64,000 nt of DNA, from the NCBI GenBank assembly GCA_965223725.1, contig CBDCXE010000003.1:156689-220688 (forward strand), in the 5' to 3' direction. Shown here in pieces: positions 17,890 through 28,201 of this stretch (the first letter of the stretch is position 1; each line of letters starts with the position of its first letter). This stretch comes from Nitrospinota bacterium (GTDB taxonomy: Bacteria; Nitrospinota_A; UBA7883). A model generated the notes under the pieces. It was not told the DNA's origin. It did no database searches and saw nothing but the letters and a program-made list of their open reading frames with translations. The translations under genes were made by a program, and so were the position numbers.

Positions 17890-18948
17890 ATGGCTGGTTG
17901 TTTATTCAGGTTTGTTTTTCTACCCATCATCATAATCGCCGCATTATTAACGATTTTCTCCCTTCGCGAGCCATATCCAACGCTCGATTTCGAAGCGGAA
18001 GGCGCAGTGACAGCCGCTTTCGTTATCGGTTTTCTCATCTGGTGGGCCGTCATCTCCTGGCTCGATATGCGTGATTTGTCGTCGACCCTGACGCTTTCCA
18101 AAAAATATGATTTCAAGGATGGCCAACCGGCGGTGATCTCCGGCCGTATAGAAGCGAAAGAAGAAACGCTGAAGGCGCCCTTCAGTGGTCAGGATTGTGT
18201 GGGCTATTGCTATAGGGTGCTTTATTTCGACAGTCCGAAGCGTGATAAAGATATGGACAATGAAAATGAACATCTGTTAAAGGCAAAGGACTATGAGGGG
18301 TTCGCCTTTGCTCCATCGGCAGTGCGTGGTTCATTACGCACTGCCAACATATTGGCCGAACCAGACGAAGGCCTGTTCGATGAAGCGCCAGAACGGGTGA
18401 TAACCAGTAAGGATGATTGGAAACGAGCAGTAGAGTATTTTGATAAAACAGATTTTGGCATAATGGAACCAGGAGAGAAAGAGAAAAAACAAACACGACT
18501 GATCCATGAGAAGCCTGGCGTTTTCCGTGAGGATAAAAAGGTGAATGAGCCACCTGAAAACCTGATGGATCATAGGCCAGATTATGAATCGATGGAAATG
18601 GATAACCGATTAGCCGGAAAAATAGACGATCCAAACGTCGCCGAGTTTGTCAAAAAAAGCCTGTTCAAGGTCCAGGGAAAGTTTGATAAAAAGCGCACGT
18701 TGCTGGAGTCTGTTATCAAGGAGGGGGACGAGGTTATGATCTCCGGTGTTTTCTCCGCCGCGCAAAATGGTATCGCGCCAGATCCAGACACAATCATGAA
18801 TCCTTTTAAAGTCTCATACGGTGGAGCAGAGCTGATCAGAAAAAAAATACGCAACCGCGTTATAGGCATTACGATCTCTTCACTGCTCGCCATTATTGGC
18901 GTCGCCTATTATTACTTTATTTACATGACAGACAACCTTGTTAAATAG
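17890..18948 (+). CDS. hypothetical membrane protein (2 N-terminal + 1 C-terminal TM helices, large charged central domain)
   Basis: Hydrophobicity pattern only; no recognised family. Confidence 0.45.
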   Translation: MAGCLFRFVFLPIIIIAALLTIFSLREPYPTLDFEAEGAVTAAFVIGFLIWWAVISWLDMRDLSSTLTLSKKYDFKDGQPAVISGRIEAKEETLKAPFSGQDCVGYCYRVLYFDSPKRDKDMDNENEHLLKAKDYEGFAFAPSAVRGSLRTANILAEPDEGLFDEAPERVITSKDDWKRAVEYFDKTDFGIMEPGEKEKKQTRLIHEKPGVFREDKKVNEPPENLMDHRPDYESMEMDNRLAGKIDDPNVAEFVKKSLFKVQGKFDKKRTLLESVIKEGDEVMISGVFSAAQNGIAPDPDTIMNPFKVSYGGAELIRKKIRNRVIGITISSLLAIIGVAYYYFIYMTDNLVK

Positions 18949-18975
18949 TTATTACAATCAGCCAGGAGTAAGTAA

Positions 18976-19533
18976 ATGAAATCTTTTGTCATTCAGGTCT
19001 CGATTTTGACCGTCGCGATATTTGCAGGGCTCACTTTGTCTGTGCAAGCGTTTGAGATGAAAAGTGAAGATATATCAGAAGGCCATCACATGGATAAAAC
19101 CTTTGAATATAAAGGTTTTGGGTGCGATGGCGATAACCTGTCGCCGATGCTGGAGTGGAGTAATCCACCGGAAAGGACCAAGAGCTTTGCATTAACTGTA
19201 TATGATCCCGACGCGCCAACGGGCAGCGGCTGGTGGCACTGGATTGTCACTGATATTCCAAAGGATGTATCTGGCCTGCCGCAGGGAGCTGGGTCCAGAG
19301 GATCTCAACTGCCCAAGGGCAGTCAATCACACAGTAACGATTTTGGATCAAAACAGTTCGGTGGCGCCTGCCCTCCGGAAAATGATGGGATGCATCGCTA
19401 TCAATTTACCGTGTGGGCGCTACCTGATGAAAAGCTTTCGTTGGCTGATGACGCCACCCCTGCATTAATTGGGTATATGTTAAACGCCAAATCGCTCGGC
19501 AAGGCGACCATAACGGCAACATACGCGCGATAA
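18976..19533 (+). CDS. YbhB/YbcL family Raf-kinase-inhibitor-like (PEBP) protein
   Basis: Signal peptide; PEBP signature YDPDAPTGSGWWHWIV ... HRYQFTVWAL. Confidence 0.85.
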   Translation: MKSFVIQVSILTVAIFAGLTLSVQAFEMKSEDISEGHHMDKTFEYKGFGCDGDNLSPMLEWSNPPERTKSFALTVYDPDAPTGSGWWHWIVTDIPKDVSGLPQGAGSRGSQLPKGSQSHSNDFGSKQFGGACPPENDGMHRYQFTVWALPDEKLSLADDATPALIGYMLNAKSLGKATITATYAR

Positions 19534-19611
19534 ACAGTATAAATTATGATGTGCAAAGCAATTTATCCTAAACTGTGTTAATCGAAAATTTTGAAGTAGG
19601 ACGGAATATTT

Positions 19612-20613
19612 GTGATTCTAAAATATGATATTGATCAACTCACTGGATTAATAGGCGGACGTCTTTTTGGTGGCCAGCCAGGCCAAAACCCGCCTTTAAT
19701 GATTACCACCATGTTTGCCGCCGGCGATAAAATCGTGAAATCCCGCAAGCAGAACAGGTTTGATCAAAATGCCGCCCGTGCGCAAATAGAGCGAATCATG
19801 GAGCTGGAGATCATAACAGGTTTACCTTCCCTAATAGATTTTGTGGCCAATTCAACCGGGGAAATAATACGCTATATAGATCTGTTTCTGGAAGTGACCG
19901 GCAAAACCGGGATGCCGTTCGCTTCTGACATGTTTATGAAAAAGGATAAGCTGGAAACCGCCAGGTATGTGGCCTCGATCGGAGAGCTGGACCGATACTT
20001 ATATAATTCACTCTCATTTTATGAAACAGAAGATCTTCAGGATGAGATTGAAGCGATCGCTAAAATCGGTGTAAAACATCTGTTGCTGGCGCTATGGGAC
20101 AAAGATTCCGAGCTGTCTGAAGGGCGGATGAAATGTCTGGGGAAAATGGCGCCACTACTGGAGCCATACAACTTCGAAACCATCCTGTGTGATACCACAC
20201 CGCTCAGCCTGCCCGCCTCGATGATTGGTAACAGGGCTGCGGAACTGATAAAGGAGAAATATGGCTTGTTATCTGGCTGTGGCCGTAACAACGGAGTATT
20301 GAACTGGTGGCGGGCATCGGGAGAGATGGGCGGAGTTAACACCTACAAGTCTGTTGATACTTCCATGGAAGCGCTCGGCTCTATGGGCGCGGACTTTCTG
20401 TTATATGGGCCAGCCGACGCCGCAGGCCGGATATACCCGGCGGTGGCCATCGCCCAATGCAACCTGGCCACCCTGGTTATGGACAAATATAAGACCTTGC
20501 CAGAAAATATGGAGCATCCGATCTACAAGATGTTTCCGGACGCAGTGAAAATGTTCCAGGATATGATTGCCGGCGCGCAAACAAAAAGACGCTGGCTTAT
20601 GAAACCGGGGTAA
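19612..20613 (+). CDS. MtrH-like methyltransferase (tetrahydromethanopterin/tetrahydrofolate:corrinoid methyltransferase subunit H family)
   Basis: N-terminal GGRLFGGQPGQNPPLMITTMFAAGDKIV ... FDQNAARAQIERIMEL matches the conserved MtrH N-terminus. Confidence 0.65.
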   Translation: MILKYDIDQLTGLIGGRLFGGQPGQNPPLMITTMFAAGDKIVKSRKQNRFDQNAARAQIERIMELEIITGLPSLIDFVANSTGEIIRYIDLFLEVTGKTGMPFASDMFMKKDKLETARYVASIGELDRYLYNSLSFYETEDLQDEIEAIAKIGVKHLLLALWDKDSELSEGRMKCLGKMAPLLEPYNFETILCDTTPLSLPASMIGNRAAELIKEKYGLLSGCGRNNGVLNWWRASGEMGGVNTYKSVDTSMEALGSMGADFLLYGPADAAGRIYPAVAIAQCNLATLVMDKYKTLPENMEHPIYKMFPDAVKMFQDMIAGAQTKRRWLMKPG

Positions 20614-20689
20614 TGAACAGATACCAGCGACCTTCACCCAGAACCCCTTTATTCTATAACCGCCAGAAGTAATGTGCCAGGAGTATATA

Positions 20690-21136
20690 TCAGATGCACA
20701 AATAAACACACCTTGTCTTAGCGGCGCCTGGCGTGGGGCAAACATTGACACTGCACCCAATCAGAAAACAGAATTTCCCTGCGGGCGCGCCCGGTGGGTT
20801 AAAGGCTGGGCAACCCCGCAGCAGGCAAACCCATTGCCCCATCGGGATCCAGACATTGCAAAATCGTAACATTTCAAAAAGAGCGGCTTTTGGATCGTTA
20901 AGCTTATATGTGGTAACGACTGGTTTCGATTTTGGTTTATCGAGCAGATGCTCGACAATGCGTAACTCAGACCCCTCGTTTTCTGTCGCCATCTCATATA
21001 ACTTGGCGGCCAATTCCAACTGGGCCTCGGCGCCCTTTGTTTGGGATTCCAAAGCTTTTTCCCACTTTTTTCCGATGGAAGCCAGTTTGCGGTCCAGAGC
21101 GGTCCTGCTCGTTTTTGTCCCCTTTTTTTTCTTCAT
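20690..21136 (-). CDS. hypothetical protein, Lys-rich N-terminus and Cys-rich C-terminus
   Basis: Strong GGAGGAGG RBS 8 nt upstream of the ATG (MKKKKGTK...); TGA stop; competing + strand ORFs lack an RBS. Confidence 0.4.
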   Translation of the reverse strand: MKKKKGTKTSRTALDRKLASIGKKWEKALESQTKGAEAQLELAAKLYEMATENEGSELRIVEHLLDKPKSKPVVTTYKLNDPKAALFEMLRFCNVWIPMGQWVCLLRGCPAFNPPGAPAGKFCFLIGCSVNVCPTPGAAKTRCVYLCI

Positions 21137-21374
21137 TTTAAATCCTCCTCCATATAACGGTTAGCGGGCCAAGACATCTGGCGTCTCCATCCGCGCAAAA
21201 CCCCCTCCTGCCATAGGCTGGGGCGCCCTGGGTTATAAATATAAGATCATTAGCATATTATTGTCAAGCGGAATAATTAGAAATTTATCATTATTAATAT
21301 TTGTCGGATTATGGCGACCCAAACCGACCAGATAAAAACAGCGCCCGCGATAAACCCCTTGTTTTGGGCTGCCG

Positions 21375-22100
21375 TTGTCCGGTATATTTTCATGTATGTC
21401 TGATAACAGTGATGATGAGTTTTATATATCCCGCCCATTACGATGGGCAATGTCCGCGGCGCGGTTCGTTAGCTATCCATTTGTCGATTTCTTTTTCAAA
21501 GTACTCAACCGAGCAAAAGCTATTGGCCAGGAAAATATTCCCAAAAAGGGTGGCGTAATAATTGCTTCGAACCATATATCCGGCATCGATACCCTCCTTA
21601 TCCCGTTAATGTCGGCCCAGCGGCTCTCCACAATGCCATACGTAGCCCCAGGCAAGGAGGAGCTGTTCAAAATACCGCTCATTGGCCAGATAATAAAATT
21701 GTGGGGCAGCTTCCCGGTGAAGCGCAGAGCGCACGACTATCAGTCGATGAACAGGATGATCTATTATGGCAAACATTATAATATGATGCTCTTTCCGGAA
21801 GGCACCCGCAGTAAAACCGGTGAGCTTTTAAAAGGCAGATCCGGCGCAGGGCGGGTGATCTATATGTCCAAGCCGACTGTGATCCCAACGCTGGTGATCA
21901 ATACACAGCAATTCTTCTGGCCCGGGCGTAAGCGCCCATGGTTTTTTGTACCATACCGGGTAGTGTTCGGGGAGCCGTTGAACCTGGAAAAATATTACGA
22001 AATGGAAGACTCTAAAAAAACATCGCAAGCTTTGATTAACGAGGTGATGAAAGCCATAGCCGATTTGAGGGAAAAACATAAAGACCTGTACCTGGACTGA
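21375..22100 (+). CDS. plsC: 1-acyl-sn-glycerol-3-phosphate acyltransferase
   Basis: HXXXXD motif NHISGID and PEGTRS motif. Confidence 0.8.
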   Translation: MSGIFSCMSDNSDDEFYISRPLRWAMSAARFVSYPFVDFFFKVLNRAKAIGQENIPKKGGVIIASNHISGIDTLLIPLMSAQRLSTMPYVAPGKEELFKIPLIGQIIKLWGSFPVKRRAHDYQSMNRMIYYGKHYNMMLFPEGTRSKTGELLKGRSGAGRVIYMSKPTVIPTLVINTQQFFWPGRKRPWFFVPYRVVFGEPLNLEKYYEMEDSKKTSQALINEVMKAIADLREKHKDLYLD

Positions 22101-22756
22101 TGCTGACCTTTGAAATAGAAGCGAAGCAAGCTGGCCACTCGGTTATAGCCGGGATAGATGAAGCGGGCAGGGGGCCGTTGGCCGGGCCGGTGGTGGCGGC
22201 GGCTGTTTACTTGCCGGATAATTGCGAAATGGACGGGCTCACCGATTCAAAAAAGCTGACGGAGAAGAAGCGGGACCGGTTTTATGACCAGATCCTGGAG
22301 CATGCTGTATGCGTCGGGGTGGGCATAGTGGACCATGAAACCATCGACGCCATCAACATCCTGCAGGCGACAAAGCTGGCGATGATCCGCGCCGTGCAAC
22401 AGATGAAGCAAACGCCGGACATATTACTGATAGATGGCAACCAAACAATTGAGTGGGACGGGCCGCAAAAAGCCATAGTAAAAGGCGACAGCCTCTCCCT
22501 CTCCATAGCCGCCGCGTCGGTGATCGCGAAAGTAACAAGGGACAGGATAATGGTGGAAAACGCGAGCCACTATACAAACTATGGCTTCGAGAAAAACAAA
22601 GGCTATGGATCGAAAACTCACCTGAAAGCCATCGAAAAATATGGCCCGTGCTGTATACACCGTAAAAGTTTTAAGGGCGTCCGCGAATTTGTCGAGGCCG
22701 CAAACAGCAATCATGACATCTCTGCTTCGCCCACTCAACTGGACCTGCTACCGTGA
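22100..22756 (+). CDS. rnhB: ribonuclease HII
   Basis: IAGIDEAGRGPLAGPVV ... DSKKL ... classic RNase HII motifs. Confidence 0.9.
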   Translation: MLTFEIEAKQAGHSVIAGIDEAGRGPLAGPVVAAAVYLPDNCEMDGLTDSKKLTEKKRDRFYDQILEHAVCVGVGIVDHETIDAINILQATKLAMIRAVQQMKQTPDILLIDGNQTIEWDGPQKAIVKGDSLSLSIAAASVIAKVTRDRIMVENASHYTNYGFEKNKGYGSKTHLKAIEKYGPCCIHRKSFKGVREFVEAANSNHDISASPTQLDLLP

Positions 22757-23178
22757 TCAAAGGCGGCTTGATACAATCGGCTTTCGACGCTATCGCCAGG
22801 CTGAAGGATCGATACCGCCAAGGTCCCGCCCATATAAAAACCGGCAAACTGGGCGAAGATCTGGCCGTCAACGCTTTGCGCGCCGACGGCTATAAAATTG
22901 TGGAACGCAATGCAAGGGTATACAAACGAGAGATCGATATCATAGCCGTCGATGGATCCTTGCTGGTGTTCGTCGAAGTCAAGGCCCGGGCGGATCACTC
23001 CCTCGGCAAGCCGATAGAAGCAGTCAACAGAAAGCGTCAGGCGCGGATACGCAAAGCGGCCGATCTATATATGATAGGCAAGAAACTGAGAAACAGTTCG
23101 GTCCGGTTCGATGTGGTCACCGTCGATTTTACAGATGACCCGAAAGGGAATGTGGAGATAGTGAAAAACGCGTTTTAG
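22753..23178 (+). CDS. yraN: YraN family (UPF0102) endonuclease
   Basis: GEDLAVNALRADGYKIVERN ... EIDIIA ... LVFVEVKAR; overlaps the rnhB stop. Confidence 0.85.
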   Translation: MIKGGLIQSAFDAIARLKDRYRQGPAHIKTGKLGEDLAVNALRADGYKIVERNARVYKREIDIIAVDGSLLVFVEVKARADHSLGKPIEAVNRKRQARIRKAADLYMIGKKLRNSSVRFDVVTVDFTDDPKGNVEIVKNAF

Positions 23179-23743
23179 TGAAGAAAGGTCGATTAGCTGG
23201 GCAGGTTATGTCGCGACCTGTTGAGTCTACATTCATCAAGCGATGAACACCGCCCAGGCAGACAACAGCATCACAGCATGTGAACTGACGCGTGGAGCCA
23301 TTACTCCGCAGCGCCAGGAAGCGGGTTACGCTGTTTTCTGCAAAGTTTCTTCGTTACAGTGGTGGCATACATGGCTCTGGTCCCGGCCGCACATCAGGCA
23401 GGAGACGGAGCCTCTGTAGTAGCGGATTATTCCACCACAATGCTTGCACTTGTTTTCTTGTTTGACGATTGTTTTAGCTCTAATCATTTTTCTGTTCTAA
23501 AAAAATTAATATTTGCAATTAGTAAAACGCAAATTGCATGCCTGAATGCTATAAGTATGCTAAATAATTGTAACATCTATAAATACAATCTATTGAGACC
23601 ATAGATTGCAAGTTGTGTTTTCTTATTGGCTTAAAGAATTTATTATTGCGACAATTTTTGTAGCGTTTGCCAAAAATAGTCACCACCAAAATGCTATATT
23701 TGTATAGTAAAAGTGTACAAAAATCGCTTAATGAACTAAAAAA

Positions 23744-24247
23744 TTGAAGATTATCACTTATCCCGATCCGATCCTTCTCAAAAGCTCTGAGCCGGTGGAG
23801 AGGATAACCGATGAAATTCGTCATTTTTGTGAAGAGCTGATTTCAACCACCACAGCTATACCAGCCTACGGCATAGCCGCGGTCCAGGTAGGCATGCCTT
23901 TGCGTTTGTTCACAATCTACCCGGACGCAGGCGGCGATGTGAGTGGGATCGACCCTTTTGTTGTGATCAACCCGGAAATAAAAGGCGTCGATGGGTCGAT
24001 TACAAAAAGCGAAGGTTGCCTCAGCGCCCCCGGTGTGTATATTAACATTGCCCGGCCAGAGCATATAGACCTGGCGTATACGAACATAGATGGCGTCGCC
24101 TCCCGGTTCGACGCAACCGGTATCATGGCGCGCTGCGTGGCCCATGAGATGGATCATCTGAACGGGATTATGTTTTGGGACGCGTTGAGTAAAACAAAAA
24201 GGTTTCGATATAAAACCAAATTTTATTATATAAACGGATTTAAATAA
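23744..24247 (+). CDS. def: peptide deformylase
   Basis: GIAAVQVG, EGCLS, HEMDHLNG motifs. Confidence 0.9.
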   Translation: MKIITYPDPILLKSSEPVERITDEIRHFCEELISTTTAIPAYGIAAVQVGMPLRLFTIYPDAGGDVSGIDPFVVINPEIKGVDGSITKSEGCLSAPGVYINIARPEHIDLAYTNIDGVASRFDATGIMARCVAHEMDHLNGIMFWDALSKTKRFRYKTKFYYINGFK

Positions 24248-25182
24248 TGAACCCTGTTAAAGTTGTGTTTATGGGAACGCCAGATTTTGCCGTACCCACA
24301 TTATTATCTTTGAATTATGACATTCGGTTTGATGTTCTGGCGGTGATGACCCAGCCGGACCGACCGAAGGGCAGAGGTAGAAAGCTAACCCCTTCACCGG
24401 TGAAAGTTGTGGCCACTGAATTTGATATCCAGACCCTGCAGCCAGCAAAAGCTTCCGCCCCCGAATCTCTGGATATACTGCGCAAACTGGCGCCAGATTT
24501 TCTGGTCGTGGTCGCTTATGGGCAGATCCTTTCCCCGGAGGCGCTGAATGTACCAAAATACGCCCCTGTGAACCTGCATGCGTCGCTGCTGCCCAAATGG
24601 CGCGGCGCGGCGCCTATACACAGGGCATTTTTAAGTGGGGATACACTCACCGGGGTATGTACCATGATAATGGAGGAAGGGCTCGACACCGGCGATGTTC
24701 TGCTTTCCAGAAAAACTGAAATAACAGATGAGGATACCACTGGTAAAGTACACGACAGGCTGGCGCTGACTGGGTCGACATTGATGATAGACACATTGAT
24801 CGATTACAAAGCCGGCAAAATAGAACCAGTGAAACAAAATGACGCGGAAGCCACATATGCAAAAAAACTGACCCGGGAAGATTTCGATATAGACTGGAGC
24901 CAGCCGGCGGAAATCGTCAGCAGGCAAATCCGAGGATTGTCGCCATTCCCTGGGGCGGTCACAAAATTAAACGGCAAAATTATCAAGCCGCTCTTTGCCA
25001 CCGTAAGTAAAAACAGTGAAGGAACTCCAGGAGATGTGATATCATTAGAAGACGGGATAACAGTGGCTTGTGGAGACAGTTCTGTAACTATCACAGAACT
25101 GAAACCAGAAGGAAAAGGTAGCATGACAGCAAAATCGTTTTCTTTGGGACGTAATATAAATGTTGGCTCCAGGTTTGAGTAA
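24247..25182 (+). CDS. fmt: methionyl-tRNA formyltransferase
   Basis: Formyltransferase N-terminal and C-terminal domains; start overlaps the def stop. Confidence 0.9.
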   Translation: MNPVKVVFMGTPDFAVPTLLSLNYDIRFDVLAVMTQPDRPKGRGRKLTPSPVKVVATEFDIQTLQPAKASAPESLDILRKLAPDFLVVVAYGQILSPEALNVPKYAPVNLHASLLPKWRGAAPIHRAFLSGDTLTGVCTMIMEEGLDTGDVLLSRKTEITDEDTTGKVHDRLALTGSTLMIDTLIDYKAGKIEPVKQNDAEATYAKKLTREDFDIDWSQPAEIVSRQIRGLSPFPGAVTKLNGKIIKPLFATVSKNSEGTPGDVISLEDGITVACGDSSVTITELKPEGKGSMTAKSFSLGRNINVGSRFE

Positions 25183-25220
25183 GGGAAGCAATATTTATAT
25201 TTTTGAATAAATAGAAACAG

Positions 25221-26465
25221 ATGAATAACCGCGACAGAACCGGGATGAAACAAAGCTTTACCACCGGCGAGGTGGATCAGGGTCTGGTTCAGTTCCTTCT
25301 TGATCTCGGCATATCCCTCTCCTCCGAGTTGTATATCGACAAGCTGCTGGAAAAAATAGTCGATGAAGCGCTGAGAATAACCAACGCGGATGGTTGCTCG
25401 CTATACCTGGTGCACGAAGACGGCATGCTCCACTTCACCATTAGTAAAAACAAATCGCTGAAGATGAATATCGGCGGCTATTCCGGCACACCGGTGCAGT
25501 ACGCCCCGGTCCCGCTGGATCCTGCGTTTGTTTCCGCCTATGCGGCCATCCACAACAAAATTGTCAATATACGGGATGTCTATAAATCATCCGAGTTCGA
25601 TTTTACCGGGCCCAAAAAATATGATCTTCTGAACGAATACCACAGCGAGTCGATGCTGGTCTCTCCGCTCACCAACCATGAGGGCGAAGTGATCGGCGTC
25701 ATGCAGCTGCTAAACGCCATCGACCCTGCCAACGGCGGCGTCATACCGTTCGACAAAAAGTTCGAGGTGCTGATAAAATCGTTGTCCAGTTTCGCGGCTA
25801 TGGCGATAACCAATGTCCGCCTGGTGGATGAAACCCGGGAGCGGGCGCGGCTGCTCAAAGACGCCAATCTGGACGCCATATACAGCCTGGCCATGGCGGC
25901 GGAGGAAAAGGACGACACCACCGGCGAGCATGTGCGCAGGATACAGATGTACTCCACGGTGCTCTCCAGCAAGCTGGGGCAGTCGGATCGCTATTCCGAC
26001 GAAATCGGGTATTCATCGATCATGCATGATGTGGGCAAGCTGTCCATTCCGGACAGCATTATAAAAAAGCCGGCCAAGCTCTCCTCGGAGGAGTTTGATA
26101 TTATGAAAACCCACACAACCGCGGGGGAACGAATATTGCCCTCAAGCACATTTTTCGAGATAGCCCGGCAGATAGCCAAATGCCACCATGAAAAGTGGGA
26201 TGGCTCTGGCTATCCGGATGGCCTGGTGGGTGAGGATATTCCGTTGCCCGCCCGGATAGTGGCGGTGGCGGATGTGTTCGACGCGTTGACCAACGCCCGG
26301 CCGTATAAAGAGTCGTGGCCTGTCGAAAAAGCGTTGGAAGAACTGAAGAGAAACTCCGGCTCCCATTTCGATCCATATCTCATCGGTGTTTGGGAGAAGC
26401 TGTGCAAACAAGGCACCCCCCAGCAAATTGCGGAAAAAATGAAGCAGAGAGAAAGCCTGCCGTAA
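25221..26465 (+). CDS. GAF domain + HD-GYP domain protein (probable c-di-GMP phosphodiesterase)
   Basis: HD motif MHDVGKL; HHEKWDGSGYPDGL (GYP). Confidence 0.85.
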   Translation: MNNRDRTGMKQSFTTGEVDQGLVQFLLDLGISLSSELYIDKLLEKIVDEALRITNADGCSLYLVHEDGMLHFTISKNKSLKMNIGGYSGTPVQYAPVPLDPAFVSAYAAIHNKIVNIRDVYKSSEFDFTGPKKYDLLNEYHSESMLVSPLTNHEGEVIGVMQLLNAIDPANGGVIPFDKKFEVLIKSLSSFAAMAITNVRLVDETRERARLLKDANLDAIYSLAMAAEEKDDTTGEHVRRIQMYSTVLSSKLGQSDRYSDEIGYSSIMHDVGKLSIPDSIIKKPAKLSSEEFDIMKTHTTAGERILPSSTFFEIARQIAKCHHEKWDGSGYPDGLVGEDIPLPARIVAVADVFDALTNARPYKESWPVEKALEELKRNSGSHFDPYLIGVWEKLCKQGTPQQIAEKMKQRESLP

Positions 26466-26527
26466 TCTTGCCGTTTCATTTTGATTCCACGTCAACCTGC
26501 TATTAACTAACCTGAAGGTATAAATAA

Positions 26528-28183
26528 TTGAAAAGTGATCTGATTAAAAAAGGAATCGAGCGGGCGCCCAGCCGTTCGTTGTTATACGCCACCGGCGTGA
26601 CGGAAAAATCGATGGACCGGCCGTTCGTGGCGCTGATATCCTCCTTCACCGACATCATCCCCGGGCATATCGGGTTTCGCGACCTGGAGCGGGCCATAGA
26701 GAAAGGCATACACTCCGGCGGCGGCCAGGCGTTCATGTCATCGGTGCCAGGCGTGTGCGACGGGATAGCCATGGGCCACAAAGGGATGCACTACTCCTTG
26801 CCGACGCGCGACCTGATCGCGGATATGATCGAATGCGTGGTCGAGGCCCACGCCTTCGACGGGATGGTGATGCTGACCAACTGCGACAAGATAACCCCCG
26901 GCATGCTGCAGGCCGCGGCGCGGCTCGATATACCAACCGTTGTGGTGACCGCTGGGCCGATGATGGCCGGTGTGCACAGACAACAGCGCAGATCGCTGGT
27001 GCGCGACACGTTTGAGGCGGTGGGGCAGGTGCAGGCAGGCAGCATGTCTTGCGACGAGATGACCGCCCTGGAGAAGGAAGCATGCCCCGGGCCCGGCTCC
27101 TGTTCCGGGATGTACACGGCCAACACCATGGCCTGCGTCACAGAAGCGATCGGCATGAGCATCACCGGTTGCGCCACGGCGCTGGCCGTCAGCGGCAAGA
27201 AAAGGCGCATCGCCTTCGACTCCGGGTTACAGGTGATGGAGCTGATAAAGAAAGGGGTCACCGCCCGGTCGATCATGACCCGCAAAGCGTTCGAGAACGC
27301 CATATGCGTGGACCTGGCCCTGGGTGGCTCGACCAATACTGTGCTGCATATCCCCGCCATCGCCCACGATGCCGACGTCAACCTTCCGCTGGAGACGTTC
27401 GACAAGCTGGCCAGAAAAGTTCCACAATTATGCAGTGTGCGCCCCGGCGGCGAAGACTTTATCGAGGATGTGGAGTATGCAGGCGGCATCCCGGCGGTGA
27501 TGAAAGAGCTGAGAAAATCGATCCACGACCTGCCGACGGTAAATGGCATCTCTACAAAAAAGATAATCGGCAAAGCGATCAACGCCAACCCGGAAGTGAT
27601 CCGGCCCGTGTCCAAGGCTTACAAAAAAGAGGGCGGGCTGGTGATACTAAAGGGAAACCTTGCTCCGGACGGTTCTGTGGTCAAACAATCGGCCATCGTG
27701 CCGGAGATGATGAAGTTTTCCGGCAAGGCGGTCTGTTTCGATTCTGAAGAGGCGGCCATGGAGCGGATCATGGCGGGCAAAGTGAAAGCAGGGCAGGTCG
27801 TCATCGTCCGCTATGAAGGTCCGAAAGGCGGACCCGGCATGCGGGAAATGCTGGCGCCCACCGCCGCCATCGCCGGCATGGGTCTGCAAAACAGCGTGGC
27901 GTTGATCACCGACGGCCGCTTTTCCGGCGGCACCCGTGGGCCATGCATCGGCCATGTATCGCCGGAGGCCATGGAAGGTGGCGTGATAGCACTGGTGAAG
28001 AACGGCGACGTGATAGACATCGATATCCCGAAACGGAAGATGCATCTGAATGTATCCCAGGCGGAACTGAAAAAACGGCTCAAAAAATGGAAAAAACCGA
28101 AGCCGAAAATCGATAAAGGTTACCTGGTGCGCTATGCCGAAACCGTGTCCAGCGCCGCGCAGGGAGCGATATTAAAAAAGTAG
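26528..28183 (+). CDS. ilvD: dihydroxy-acid dehydratase
   Basis: ILVD/EDD family: CDKITPGML, Cys ligands of the Fe-S cluster, [13 protein letters not shown]; TTG start. Confidence 0.9.
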   Translation: MKSDLIKKGIERAPSRSLLYATGVTEKSMDRPFVALISSFTDIIPGHIGFRDLERAIEKGIHSGGGQAFMSSVPGVCDGIAMGHKGMHYSLPTRDLIADMIECVVEAHAFDGMVMLTNCDKITPGMLQAAARLDIPTVVVTAGPMMAGVHRQQRRSLVRDTFEAVGQVQAGSMSCDEMTALEKEACPGPGSCSGMYTANTMACVTEAIGMSITGCATALAVSGKKRRIAFDSGLQVMELIKKGVTARSIMTRKAFENAICVDLALGGSTNTVLHIPAIAHDADVNLPLETFDKLARKVPQLCSVRPGGEDFIEDVEYAGGIPAVMKELRKSIHDLPTVNGISTKKIIGKAINANPEVIRPVSKAYKKEGGLVILKGNLAPDGSVVKQSAIVPEMMKFSGKAVCFDSEEAAMERIMAGKVKAGQVVIVRYEGPKGGPGMREMLAPTAAIAGMGLQNSVALITDGRFSGGTRGPCIGHVSPEAMEGGVIALVKNGDVIDIDIPKRKMHLNVSQAELKKRLKKWKKPKPKIDKGYLVRYAETVSSAAQGAILKK

Positions 28184-28201
28184 TGTCGGCCACTCTGTGC
28201 C

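Noticed and set aside
20690-20692. UGA stop of the Lys/Cys-rich protein as a possible selenocysteine codon
   Set aside because: Read-through would add only 11 residues before UAG; no obvious SECIS hairpin; most likely an ordinary stop.
23179-23440. Possible tmRNA/SRP/6S/RNase P RNA in the long yraN-def spacer
   Set aside because: I found no conserved core motifs of these RNAs by eye (no tag-peptide reading frame, no SRP domain IV GNAR pattern, no RNase P P4 elements); kept only as an unexplained region.
26733-27804. Cluster of Arg/Pro-rich ORFs (for example 26791..27615 -, 27049..27747 +) over ilvD
   Set aside because: Low-complexity translations of the non-coding frames and strand of the ilvD gene, which itself aligns end-to-end with dihydroxy-acid dehydratases.
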